From: Macrostomum lignano
Taxonomy: Eukaryota
DNA length: 35,667 nt
Assembly: GCA_002269645.1 (NCBI GenBank)
Contig: NIVC01001790.1
Location: forward strand, 1-35,667
Direction of reading: 5' to 3'
The translations under genes and the position numbers were made by a program. Shown one piece after another: positions 22,583 through 34,389 of this stretch. The notes beneath the pieces were generated by a model, which made no database searches, had not been told where the DNA came from, and was given only the letters and a program-made list of their open reading frames with translations. How positions within the stretch are numbered: the stretch's first letter is position 1; each line of letters opens with the position of its first letter.

Positions 22583-23353
22583 TCATTCGACGAGGTGCTC
22601 ACGCAGGTGAACAGCATCACAGAGTCCGTGCCGGAAGCCCTCAGCCGACTAGAGATGCTTAAGGAGTTTGAAAACCCAGTCGACGAAGAGGAGTGTCAAG
22701 AGATGGCACGCTGGATGCAGAACCGATTCCAGGAGGTGACAGCCGGGCTGCTGCTGGACGCTGCAAGTCAAAGGGCGTCTCGTCTCGCCGAGGCCTGTCG
22801 GCGACCCGAGCTCAACGCTGACCTGATGCCGCTGGCCAAAAATCCCCAGTTGACGCCGCATGCCGACAAGCTCGAGCGACTCGTTGCCAAACTTGACGAA
22901 CTGCGTCAGCTGTTGCGCCGGAAGTGGCGCGAAGCCGAGCAGAAGCTCATTTGCGTCGGGCAGCTCGGCGTCTACCGGAGCGCCGCCGAGGCCACTTTGG
23001 AAGGCCTGGAAAAAGCGGCAGCCGCTGCCAAGCGCATCCGATCCTCGTGTGCCCACATTGCCAGCCAGCAGGCCGCTGAAGACGCCAAGGAGCGGCTGCG
23101 GCTGCAGGCATCGGCGCCGGCCGCGACTCGTCTGGCCGAGGGTCGCGAGCTGCTCAAGAAGGTGCGCCGGTTGGCAATGTCTACAGACCCGGCGACGGAG
23201 CCTCCGACTAGCGGCCGGGATGACTCGCTGCGTCAGAGGCCGGCCAGCTACGCGGCCGAGCTGGAGTCCCGTTTGACCAGCTGCTCCGAGACGGTGCGGA
23301 CGACCGAGGACTGGCTCGCCGGGCTGTGCGGCTTCTTTGACTGCTGCGCCGCG
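22583..23353 (+). CDS. SEC14-spectrin protein, exon 4 (spectrin-like helical repeats)
   Basis: Acceptor TTGTAG at 22582, whose TAG is the in-frame stop bounding the ORF; spectrin-like LERLVAKLDELRQLLRRKWREAEQKL; donor GCG|GTGAGA at 23354. Confidence 0.8.
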
Positions 23354-23485
23354 GTGAGAGGCCAAGTCTACGCCCGATTTTAGTTGTTAGATGCTAAACC
23401 AGCTTAAAAAAGCAAGTTAAAAAATGTGCAATCATAAGTCGTCATCACTACAGACTGGCTCAATTTTCTCAATATCAATCAACAG

Positions 23486-23721
23486 ATGATGCGTTGGTAT
23501 TCGTTATGCCTGGAGCAGCTACCGGTTGAACTGCTGGAGCATCATCAGCGAATGCGGCCGGCCCAGTCGCTGACCCTGACAAGCCGCTGGGTGGAGGCAG
23601 TCCGGCCGCTGCTGTCCAAGTATCCGTGTCCGAAGCCGGCCCAGCTGGACGAGCTGCGCCAGGCGATGGAGCCGGTTGAAAGCAGGGAGGCGCGGAGAGA
23701 GGCGGCGCAACTGCTGCGCAG
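23486..23721 (+). CDS. SEC14-spectrin protein, exon 5
   Basis: Acceptor ATCAACAG at 23485, phase 0 in; donor AG|GTGAGA at 23722, phase 2 out. Confidence 0.8.
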
Positions 23722-24035
23722 GTGAGACACACTTGAAACCAATCGAACCAGTGACTGCCTTGAGGGTTGATGCGAGCATATTCATCTGCGTACTAACCAT
23801 GTCCAGCTCTGCTTAACTTGCCCATTGGGCTAGTGAACAGCAAAAAATATGTGCGAATGTCGCACCTTCAAAAACTATAGTGGTCGACGTAGCGCTGAAC
23901 TTATGGCAAAGACGTCTAACATGAATTTCATGATAAGCGGACCTAATTTGGTGCTAAATTAAGCATGGCAAAGGTGAAGCTTGCAGTCTCTTACACAAAT
24001 TTTAACGCCTCAGCCAAACCCACTCCAAATCGCAG

Positions 24036-26292
24036 AGTGGAGCTGCTGATTCGGCTGCTGGACAAGCGGAGCATCACAGTGGGCGAATTTCGCGAGTTGC
24101 TCGATTGGCGCAACAAATCTGCCTCGTCGCAGGGCGACCCCGACTTGGCCGGCCTCGACCCAGGGCCTGGCGATGGCTCTTTCGGCGACGCGCAAGACGG
24201 CGGCGACTTCTTCGAGGCCGAGCTGCGCGATCTGGAGGACTCGATTTCTCAGCACAATGCTCAGCCCGGCGCTAGCGGAATCGGCGGTGGAGGTGACACC
24301 GGCTCGAACTTGACCACGGGATCCTCAGACACGCGCAAGTACAGGAAGAAGCGAGAAACCAAGCCACAGCCGCACCAGATGCAGCAGCCGCCGCAACAGG
24401 CGCAGCAGCAGCCCGCAGTTCGCGAGTACCGCCCCCGATCGAATCTGGGCGTCGAAATCGACGATGAAGTTCGTGGAGGACCGCATGGTGTTTCGCTGGA
24501 GTCACAACCCAAGGCCGAGACTGTGTGGAAGTTCCTCGAAAACATGGCCAGTCCGCACTCGTCGGATTCCCTTCCAGCTTCATACAGGACCGATGAGAGA
24601 GACGACTCACTGAACCAGCCGACATCGTCACTTGAGTATCCATTCGGCAGCTATGTCAAGCGCGACAACCCCGCCGCCGCGGCCGCGGCCAATTCCACTC
24701 GATCGGCTGCTCAACCAACCAGCGGAGTGCAACCTCGAGCAGCTGGTGGGCCCAGATCCGCTCGCAGCCTAGGCAGTGGGTCCCATGGTGCGCGGTCGCT
24801 GTCTGACTTAGTTGGCGAGCTAAAGGAGCTTGGCGATGCACTGTTCAGCGGCGGCGGCAAGCAGAAGCAGCCGCCGGTGTCACGAAAGCAACAAAAAGTG
24901 TCAAAGCAGCAGCAGCAGCAGAGAATGCGACCGAGTGGTGATTATACCGGCTCTTTACCAATGAGAGGCAGCCGCTCTGTGGAGAACCTGTTCGTTAGTC
25001 CGGAAGGCGACCCAATGCGACGGGTGGCCACTCCGAGGCTTCTTGGTAACTCAAATGCCGACGTTTCGGCGACGCTGCCCTCGCGTGCTGCATCGGAGAG
25101 GCTGCTCCTGAATGAAAACGACGATGCAATATGGGATCCGCCGCTGGCGCCGGAGGAGTTTGCACTGCTGGCTGCGGAGCCGCCACTGCCAAGCCAGAAG
25201 GCTGCTGGACCAGCCGGTAAGAAAGTGAAATCGGACAGCGGGTTGAGCGCGGTCTCAGCAGTGGATTCGGCGCTGAACAACTTCCGTCAGGATCGACAGG
25301 ACAGGGAGAGACTAGAACGTGACCGGCGTCTGCAAGAGTTGCTGCAGGAGGCTGACAGGAGTCTGGCTCAGGCCGAGGACAACCAGTCTGACTCGGGACT
25401 CAGCGACCACACAATGCCGCGCTCTGTGATCGACTTTCGCAGCCGGGCCGCTTGGGGCAAGACCAAGCCAACGATGCAACAGCCAGCACCAAATCCGGCG
25501 ACTCATTCTTCTGCCACCGCCGCCGCGCCGCCAACTCGCAATCAAGACAGCGGCAGGCCCAGCTCCGAAACAGATGATGTCGACCAAATCATCAACGACA
25601 TTCAAGATATCACCACCGGACGGTATCCTAGACAAGAGCAGCAGCATCCGCTGAACTCGCATCATCCTCACCCGAGTAACCAACTGCTGGCACCTCCGAG
25701 ACGAGGTCGCGCATACAGCGACTACGAGTACGATAGCAATGACTTGGCGACTGAGCAGCAGCTTCGGCCGCCGCAGCAGAAAGAGCAGCCGCAGCAGCAG
25801 TCCAGGCAGCAGCATCCGCAGCGGCCACCGTCACAGCAGTCGTCGCAGTTTCGGCGCCACACGCCGTCTTTGACGCGCATGTCGGACACGGACTTGGCCG
25901 GCGGCGGACTGTCCGGATCGCCTTCGCCGTCGTCGTCATTGCTGCAAATGCGGCCGTCGCGGCACTCGGACAATTTCCTGCTGAGCGGAGGAGCCGCCGC
26001 ATCCGGCGCCAGATCGCACAGCCCTCTGCTGGTGTCGCCGCCGCCGTCGATTCTGGAAGACGACTCGGACGGCCACTCTGGAGGCCTGCGCCGGCCACAG
26101 CAGCGGCATGAGCAGAGGCCAGATAGCAGCTATCTCAGCGTGCGGAGGTACAACCGTGACACGCCGGATGCTATCAATCCGCTCAGCGACGGCGAACTGC
26201 AGGAGCGTTACCAAGGCAACGGGGGGACAGCCAGGCACCAGCAGAAACAGCTTCAGCAGCCAGAACACACAGGAAACAGTGTGTTTTACTGA
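24036..26292 (+). CDS. SEC14-spectrin protein, exon 6 (short helical segment, then ~700-aa disordered tail)
   Basis: Acceptor ATCGCAG at 24035, phase 2, matches exon 5; GC-rich ORF to TGA 26290-26292. Joined CDS = 3831 nt, 1276 aa, uninterrupted. Confidence 0.85.
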
Positions 26293-27332
26293 TATTTTTA
26301 ACTTTATTCTACTAATTCGGTCCTAATATTATGGGGCACTTCTCCGATACTTTAATATTGTTCGTAATCTTCGTTTTCCGATTCAAAATAATTGTTGCCG
26401 CGAAATCAGAATGCTTTTCGTAGTTTCCTGAGCGAGTTCATACGAGTCGCTGCTGCACTGTATATTGTAAAAAACAATGTTTCTGCGACTACATATTTAT
26501 TGGCAAACACGATAGTGCTTTAAATCCAATGTAATGTTCCCATCAAATCAACTTTGAAGGTTCCCAGTTTTTTCCACATAAATTGCCTATTCTTTCCATT
26601 TGCAAAAGGAATCCGGAAAAAATCAAACGGCCCATTTTTTCATGACTCTTCAGCGCCTTGATAGGACGGCATTAATCTACTATACTGTTACCTGCTTCTG
26701 CGCCCAAAAATATACAGCAAAGATATTTAAAAAATAAAGACTAAAACGTTAACTTACATCATTTACTGTGCTTATGCAACCAATGACTGCATGTGTTTTG
26801 GTAACCGGATGCATGCAACGACTACTCAGCAGGAAAGTACGTGAGCCCAACTTCTTTGGCCTCTTTTCCTGGGCTTTATCATAAAGGGATTATTACCTAT
26901 TCCAGATAAACAAATCCAGCAGATTTGCCTGCTGCATGCACTGCCTACCCTGCCCATCAAAATCTATTAAATTGCACAGCTAAGAAGCTGAGATTGTTTC
27001 GGGCTTACGTCGTAAATGTGCATGTCCGTAGATCCGAAAGGTTTTACTTATATTTTCCCTGCACTCCTAGGTCGATTGCCTCAGCACCTATGATTATGGA
27101 GTTGGGAACTGCTCTCTATAAATTACACACATTTTATCAGTTACGTCTGCTCATGCATGTAGTGGCCACAACTGTGACTCACTGCTAGTTTACTTTTAGT
27201 ATTTTAATTATTAAACGTACATGTTAGGAGTACAATGCAAAAATTTGCATCTTATTTTTATATGCGATTTTTATTTCTGCCCTTCAGTTTTTAAGTTCTA
27301 GAGATATTTAAATCCATATCGATATCTACGTA

Positions 27333-28333
27333 ACGGGTGTCCCAAAAAGGGTAACACTTTGTGCGCTAACTGTGCGTAATCCGTTTTGCCTATCACCCTG
27401 TAATTCAACAGTTCGACAGAAAGCATCTGTAATTATTGAGTTATTGAGTTATTGATTTTTATACGGCAAAGATTGTCTGTGGCCGCTGTCTATGGCAAAG
27501 TTTGACAGAAAATGAGCAAGCGTACAATTCTAAGCTCAATAACTCGCCTCCTGAATAAGTTTTTGCGGCCGTACATTTTCTGGGGAAAAACTTACAGATG
27601 TTTTTCTATCGAACTGTTGAATTACAGGGTGATAGGCAGCACGCGAAGGCGTATTCAGCATGCCAGTGAAGTATGAGACAGACTAGGCCCATGGGCCAAG
27701 GTCTGCGATGCTTCACGCCTGCCCCTATCTTCAGCAGGTCAAGGCTGGTGGGAGGTCTGCACCCTCTATTTGCCTCTGGCAGCCGCAGACCCCCCCCCCA
27801 CGCTGTCTCGCAAGTCGACCCAGGGTACTCGTCCCCGCGTGTGTTCAAGGCTGCTGGACAGACTGGGCTCCGGCGCTGGCGACCCTATCCAGTGGCTTCG
27901 GCCGAATTTGGGTATGCGGGTCTGGCTCGCCAACCTGCAGGCCGTGGTACTGCTCAACGTACTCTCTAATGCCTAAGGTGTTGACCGTGCCGATGGGCTG
28001 GAAGGCCGGGGAGTAGTCCGGTCGCTAGCGGTCCCCCTCCTGGTGTCGGGCCAGCCTTGAGGGTTCTATTGGCCTACTGCCTGGTCAGGTGGAGCGGCCG
28101 GGTGGGTACCGCGCCCCTTTGAGGGTAGCCCACCAACCTTTATCATGGCCTTCGAGCCGACTATGGAAAACCGTCCATAGCGACGCGTCGGCCGTTCAGG
28201 GACTAGCGGAATGGGCGCTGTGTCCCCTCCGGGACAGCCCTGCAGCTAAGTCAAGTAAGTAAGTCAGGGTGATAGGCAAAACGGATTACTCGCAGTTAGC
28301 GCACAAAGTGTTACCCTTTTTTGGGACACCCGT
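27333..28333. mobile_element. Tc1/mariner-type MITE (~361 bp ancestral, ~85-bp TIRs, TA TSD) interrupted by a nested insertion
   Basis: TA|ACGGGTGTCCCAAAAAGGGTAACACTTTGTGCGCTAAC... is mirrored at ...GTTAGCGCACAAAGTGTTACCCTTTTTTGGGACACCCGT|TA. The inner part of the right TIR lies at 27609-27638, separated from the rest by the insert. Confidence 0.9.
27639..28264 (+). mobile_element. 626-bp GC-rich non-autonomous retroposon-like insertion with 14-bp TSD and (AAGT)n tail
   Basis: Direct repeat CAGGGTGATAGGCA at 27625-27638 and 28265-28278; 3' end GCTAAGTCAAGTAAGTAAGT resembles the short tandem tails of RTE-clade LINEs. No RT ORF seen. Confidence 0.75.
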
Positions 28334-28483
28334 TATACGATCAATAATTTTTCTTGCCTAAATGATCTGAGTTATAGATATAGAAATAATATGCTTGAAG
28401 AATATTTCTATGCTTGAACTATATATGCTTGAACTATGATGATTTTCCCGACGCCAATTCCGCAACCAAATAATAAAAGTATA

Positions 28484-28574
28484 CTGCTACTACTACTACC
28501 TACTACTACTATTACTACTACTACTAAACTACTACTTCTTACTATACTACTACTACTCTACTACTACTACTACC

Positions 28575-28607
<33 letters not shown>
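28484..28607. repeat. Compound (CTA)n/(TAA)n microsatellite
   Basis: Directly visible imperfect CTA run followed by an AAT run. Confidence 0.9.
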
Positions 28608-28619
<12 letters not shown>

Positions 28620-29285
28620 TTAATAATGCTGATACTTCAAAGCCATGTCTTACTAGAACTCTAAGAATAAATCCCCCTGCACAATTTTAACCAACTTCCG
28701 TGAAATATCTTGCTTTGAGTTGTAATCGTGTACCTAAATAGAAAAGTACTAATAATACAATTGAAGAATAAGCTAAAGACATAAAAAGTAGAATAAGCAA
28801 TATTCAAACCAATACGTTATATTATTAACTCTTAAAAGAGAGCCAGAAATATTTTGCCGTGAATTTTTTTATTAAAATGTTGCTCTGTTTGATTTTTATT
28901 TGTCGTGGAAGTTTTCTAGGAAATCTTGTCTAGACTTTTCACAAGGAATTCTGCAGCTTTCGCGCGTACTCATGCTTTAAGTTACTTGAAAAATGAATGC
29001 TTCAGAAAACTTACACTGATAATCGCAGTGAAAGCGTTTACATTTCTTCTAACTCAAGGTTTTCAGAACTATAATTGCGAATATAAAAATAAAAATACTA
29101 CTCTACCTAGATACAAGCTCCGACTCCGATAAAGACTTAAAGTTTAATCGTTATTCGTTTTTTAGATCGCCGGTTTAGTAGTCTAAAAGCCTACATACCT
29201 AAGCCTAAGCTTTAATTTTGCCCATGTGTACTGCAATTTCTACTTGGATGCTGTCAAGGTTTTCATTTTCACCGTGCCAATTGCA

Positions 29286-29588
29286 ATGAGTTTCTGGCCT
29301 TTTAGTACACTCAATGGCTACACGCGTGCCCAAACTGTCTCAAGTAGTCCAGACAATTCCACCGTTTTTTACTTTGGACCCAAAAATCCTAACCGAAAGA
29401 AAAAGCGGAAATCTAAAAACTCGCCAGACCATTCTGCTTATCCACAAAACAATCAGGATAATGCCACATCAAGTAGATATGAACATGAGTTGCTTATTGT
29501 AAAAAAGCAAGATCGTTTTGAATATTATCGTGTGCCTTTATTAAAGAATGAAAATCTTCATACTGTTGCCATGAAGTATGGATGCTCG
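29286..29588 (+). CDS. LysM-domain protein (LysMD3/4-like), coding exon 1
   Basis: MSFWPF...FEYYRVPLLKNENLHTVAMKYGCS is the first half of a LysM domain; donor TCG|GTTAGT at 29589, phase 0. The start codon may be 29286 or further upstream. Confidence 0.75.
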
Positions 29589-30029
29589 GTTAGTAAATTT
29601 AGTATTTTTTCTATGGAGTGATTTATACTTTCTATTTTTTAATCCTAACTTCTGTTTGTAGTTTCTAACAAAAATTCAATAGTTGGCTTTAGTTTCTTAG
29701 TTATAATTTCTTTTTTATTTTTTTCTTCCTTTTCTATGGAGTATGTCTATCTGTTTACTTTCTTATCTTTCTTATCTTATAATCTTTCTATTATTCTTTA
29801 TTAGTCATTGTTTTACCTTTTTCATTTTAGGAATGGGTCAATTTCGTGACCTAAATAGGCTAGTTGGCCTCTACTTGACTAGATTAGCCATGTATTATGT
29901 ATTTGTATACATGTTTATAAGCTAATAGCAAATTAAATTATTTTTTTACTATTTAAATGTTTTTTTATAAATAAACCATAAAAACAAATTTTATACAAAA
30001 AAAATATTGATATTTTATAGACTGTAGTC

Positions 30030-30825
30030 CAGTGTTAGGCACTAGTCCATTAATCAGTAAGCATTAATCTGTTAATAAGTGTTAATAAGCATTAAGATTT
30101 TTCATTAACATTAATGGCAATGTCAATGACCAACAATACAAAGAAAAAACAAAAATATGTCTAATGAGAAGTTATAACATTACAAATGTTTTTGAATTTA
30201 CCTAAGTGCCTTATTCATCTCTGTTTATAACAATGATCATGCAAATGTAACAACTTATTAATGAACTTTAATAAAGAATTAAAATTGTGAAATTTATTGC
30301 TCTCATGTAAACATCAATCACTTTGATTCACTTCTTTAACAATCTTTTGTAACTTTCTACTACGCCTGCTAATGCTACTAAAGCAACCTTCCTTTTTGTA
30401 TTTTATTATTAACTAATTAGCTTAGTTAGTTAATAATAATCTAAGCTAAGCTTAATTAGCTTTAGCTTCAAAAATTACTTTTTACCACATATATACTTTT
30501 AGTAGTATTATGTGTACAAGTTTTTTTAATTATTATTTATTACTTTTTAGCTTGTAAATCGCTTAGATGACCCCTGTGTTTTGCTAAAAAAATGGAAAAG
30601 CAAACACAGTGAATTATGAAGTCTGTTTTGGAAAAAAAGTGCAAGATTTATCTATTTTGTGAGTTAGGCCTAACTTTAATGGATTAACACTTATTAAGGA
30701 TTATCAGTTAATTTTCAGTTAACTTTAATGAAATTAAGAGTTAATAAGTTAAGATTTTTTGTTTTAATGCTAATGTTTTTGCTATTAACAGAAGTTAAGA
30801 TTTTCATTAATGGTGCCCAACACTG
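30030..30825. mobile_element. hAT-like MITE (796 bp) in LysM intron 1
   Basis: TIR CAGTGTTAGGCAC vs CAGTGTTGGGCAC (12/13); 8-bp TSD CTGTAGTC / CTATAGTC (7/8); subterminal CATTAA/GTTAAT repeats at both ends. Confidence 0.8.
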
Positions 30826-30914
30826 CTATAGTCTATAATGACAACTAATGGCAATCACTATAATAACTTTAAATTATAATAAATATATAACTTTGCTATA
30901 TCCTAACAAAAATT

Positions 30915-32030
30915 AGATAAAAACTGGAGCAAAATTTAGATGACCTCTGGACAAGAGTAGTTTTTTCATCCAGAAATTGATCCGGTATTTCATCCACTCA
31001 TTTCTCTACTGTTTAAGATGGATCAACCAGATCAAATACCAGATTAAATTTTACTTATATCCTCCCTACAGTTTTGAGTCAATATGGTTTATGTAAAGCA
31101 GATTTTCTATTCTAAATAGTCATGGAGATTATAGAAGGAGCCTCCAAGGGAAAACTGATGGAAGATGACCCCATTATACGATGATCCCCTTAGGCAATCT
31201 GTGGCATATACCTAGTTAGCATCAGAAGATGAAGCACACTAGGTAGATGCATCCAAACAGGTTGTTAACATATCAGAGCTGGATGGGACTAACAACATGC
31301 TGAACCTAATAGTTTGCAATTAATAACATAAGAATTTAAAGTTAACTAAAAAGTAAAATTTTGTGGTCCCCTTTGGTGTCCAATTTGGAGCCCTTAATCT
31401 GTAGTGTTAGTCTATATAATGGTTTATCTCTTAATCTGTGGTGGAGCCCCCAGTGTGTACTGTTAGCAATCTATGGTGGTTTATGGAATGTATAGTAAAC
31501 AAAATATATGGAATGGATGCATGGATATGGAATATTTTGCCAGGTGTGAATTTTGAAGCCGGAATAACTGCACTAGACTGTGTTATGTGTTTCCCATTTT
31601 TTCATTTCTTATTAGTAATCAATTTTATACTGCCAAATCTATCTCTGTGTCTATAGAGATCTGGCTTTTTATCTGGAAATTCACCCAGTGTTCTATCCAT
31701 TAAGAAACCCAGTTGTGTTGGTCCAGTTTTTTATCTGGATATTCACCGCATATTTCATCCTGCACTGCTGATCCAGATTTGATCTGGTTTGTCATCCGCA
31801 TTTACATCCACTAAAAACTGGAGATTTTTCCAGATGTACCCCTGGAGCTAGACCCAGATGAAAGTACTCAAAATTCACACTTTCATCCAGAATGTTAACA
31901 ATTCATCCGGCTTTTGTCTGGCATTTTAAATGGGCATTTTATATTACAAACTGGATGAAAATCCAGATTTATGCCTGGAGAAATTGGCGGATGATTGGGC
32001 CAGGTGGGAAATATAATAGTCTTAGCAGTG
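30915..32030. repeat. Region rich in ATCCAG/CTGGAT/TCATCC motifs, probably a degenerate DNA transposon with subterminal repeats
   Basis: Two motif-dense blocks (30915-31060, 31650-32000) share AAAAACTGGAG and AACCAGATCAAAT in direct and inverted orientation; no clean termini. Confidence 0.4.
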
Positions 32031-32123
32031 AGATATTTGCTCAAAATTTTAACGAAATAGGTTTATATATATTAACACAATATATAATATATATTATTAT
32101 ATCTTAACCAATCATTGTCTGAA

Positions 32124-32572
32124 CCAAAGATACTAGAATAACTAGATGGTCCACTCTGCCATATATACTTGGCAAAACAGCTTTCTACTTTCAGTTCAGT
32201 AGCAAAGAAGAATACAAAAGCTATTTTATAATAATAAGGCAGCTGAGATGACTTCAATAAGTTTAGAAGCCAAGCTTGCAGATGTAAACAGCTTGCTAAT
32301 TAGTTCAGCCAAAATGTACATTAGCCACTGAAATGTACAGGGCAGATTCAGGCTGGAACAACCAAAGAAGGTAATAAAATTAGGTTGTGGACGGGGTTAG
32401 AGGTTCTATGAGGAGCTGGAGGGTTTAATAGCTTGGGGGGGGGTAAGAGCCAATAAATAAGCTTTGTTTTTAAAAATACATTAAAATGCTTCTGTTTAAC
32501 TTACTACTGAACTGAAAGTAGCTGGCTCGCAAATGTGCCGAGTGGCCTATCTAGTTATTCTAGTATCTGTGG
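32124..32572. mobile_element. 449-bp MITE with ~75-bp imperfect TIRs (CCA[A/C]AGATACTAGAATAACTAGAT...) and flanking 6-bp direct repeat TCTGAA
   Basis: Left CCAAAGATACTAGAATAACTAGAT...CTACTTTCAGTTCAGTAG is mirrored by CTACTGAACTGAAAGTAG...ATCTAGTTATTCTAGTATCTGTGG; TCTGAA at 32118-32123 and 32573-32578. Confidence 0.8.
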
Positions 32573-32961
32573 TCTGAACTAATATAGCTAGTTATTAAAA
32601 ATACTATTGTTCTATAAATATGATTTTTATTAGAGCCAGAATGTCAAAAGGACATCTTATTTTTTACCCTCTATTATAGCTAAGCCATGTTCATAGGCTC
32701 AAATGTTGGGATCAAAGCCCCTATATGTTTATAACACTAATCTGAATCTGGCTAATAGAAATGACTTAATATCTTAATATTATAATATTTAATCTTTATG
32801 CAATATTTATGATTATAAGCTTGGCTTAGGCAATTTATTTTTATAACCTATCACAATTCTGGTAGTAATATCAGTTAAAGAAAAAAAATTTTTTTTTTGG
32901 TGTTTCATAGTAAAGAAATTTATCATATCTCTCTAACTGATAGTATTTATTTTCCTCACAG

Positions 32962-33249
32962 GTGTGGGAGCTAAAGCGAGCCAACCACCTCTGGGGACTG
33001 CAGGATGTTCACGCACTGCCCAGTTTAGTGATTCCTGCTCCAAAGAACAGCTACAGAGCGGAGCTGCTAGCAAAGTCTGGAGGCCGGCTAGTAGGTGAGA
33101 ATCAGCAGTCTCTGCAGGCAGGTGGCAGTCGCGATCCAGATGGTGCTGATGAGGATTTGCAGGACACGTCTGGCGACCTCGCCAGCGGTGTGTTGGAAGT
33201 CGGGTCTGCCTCTGCGGGAGCGACTGGCAGTGACGACCAAAGACGGCCG
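32962..33249 (+). CDS. LysM-domain protein, coding exon 2
   Basis: Acceptor TTTTCCTCACAG| at 32961. VWELKRANHLWGLQDVHALPSLVIPAPKNS completes the LysM domain in frame with exon 1 (cf. LysMD3-type V.DIKRVNNL...QD.FAL.SIKIP). 3' end uncertain: donor CCG|GTAAAA at 33250 or TAG|GTGAGA at 33095. Confidence 0.8.
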
Positions 33250-33359
33250 GTAAAAATTCTTTGGAGATTCTGCCATGCTGACAGATTTATCAGATTTCCC
33301 AAAAAACTTTGGGAGATTTTCTCTCAAGTTTGCGGATTTCAGTGCATTTTGGGGGTTTT

Positions 33360-34175
33360 TGTGAAGTTTGAGGATTTCTGTGAAGTTTAGGGATTTCTGT
33401 GTAGTTTGGGGATTTCTGTGTAGTTTGGGGATTTCTGTGTAGTTTGGGGATTTCTGTGAAGTTTGCGGATTTCTGTGTAGTTTGGGGATTTCTGTGTAGT
33501 TTGGGGATTTCTGTGTAGTTTGGGGATTTCTGTGTAATTTGGGGATTTCTGTGTAGTTTGGGGATTTCTGTGTAGTTTGGGGATTTCTGTGAAGTTTGCG
33601 GATTTCTGTGAAGTATGGGGATTTCTGTGTAGTTTGGGGATTTCTGTGAAGTTTGGGGATTTCTGTGTAGTTTGGGGATTTCTGTGTAGTTTGGGGATTT
33701 CTGTGTAGTTTGGGTATTTCTGTGTAGTTTGGATATTTTGTGTAGTTTGGGGATTTCTGTGTAGTTTGGGGATTTCTGTGAAGTTTGAGGATTTCTGTGA
33801 AGTTTGGGGATTTCTGTGTAATTTAGGGATTTCTGTGAAGTTTGGGGATTTCTGTGAAGTTTGGGGATTTATATGCAGTTTGGGGATTTCTGTGTAGTTT
33901 GGGGATTTTGTGTAGTTTGGGGATTTCTGTGTAGTTTGGGGATTTCTGTGAAGTTTGGGGATTTCTGTGAAATTTGAGGATTTCTGTGAAGTTTGGGGAT
34001 TTCTGTGTAGTTTGGGGATTTCTGTGTAATTTAGGGATTTCTGTGAAGTTTGGGGATTTCTGTGAAGTTTGGGGATTTATATGCAGTTTGAGGATTTCTG
34101 TGTAGTTTGGGGATTTTGTGTAGTTTGGGGATTTCTGTGAAGTTTGAAGATTTCTGTGTAGTCTAGGGATTTCTA
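33360..34175. repeat. 19-bp minisatellite (GGATTTCTGTGTAGTTTGG), ~43 copies
   Basis: Period 19 (33381 vs 33400); GTAG/GAAG variants. Confidence 0.95.
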
Positions 34176-34389
34176 TGCATACATGCGCAACTGCTGGCCG
34201 ACCTGGCCGATCCGGCCACCGTAAATCGTGGCTGACCAGAGGTAAGTCGCAAAATTGAGTCAACCAAAAACAGAAAAACACAAGAACCAAGAAAGGCAAG
34301 AGGAAAGCGAAAGAAAGAGCAGTTCAGGGAAAATGGTGAAGCAAAAGAAAAACAATTCGCAAAAGAAGCAAACTAAGTTGTAAAAATAA

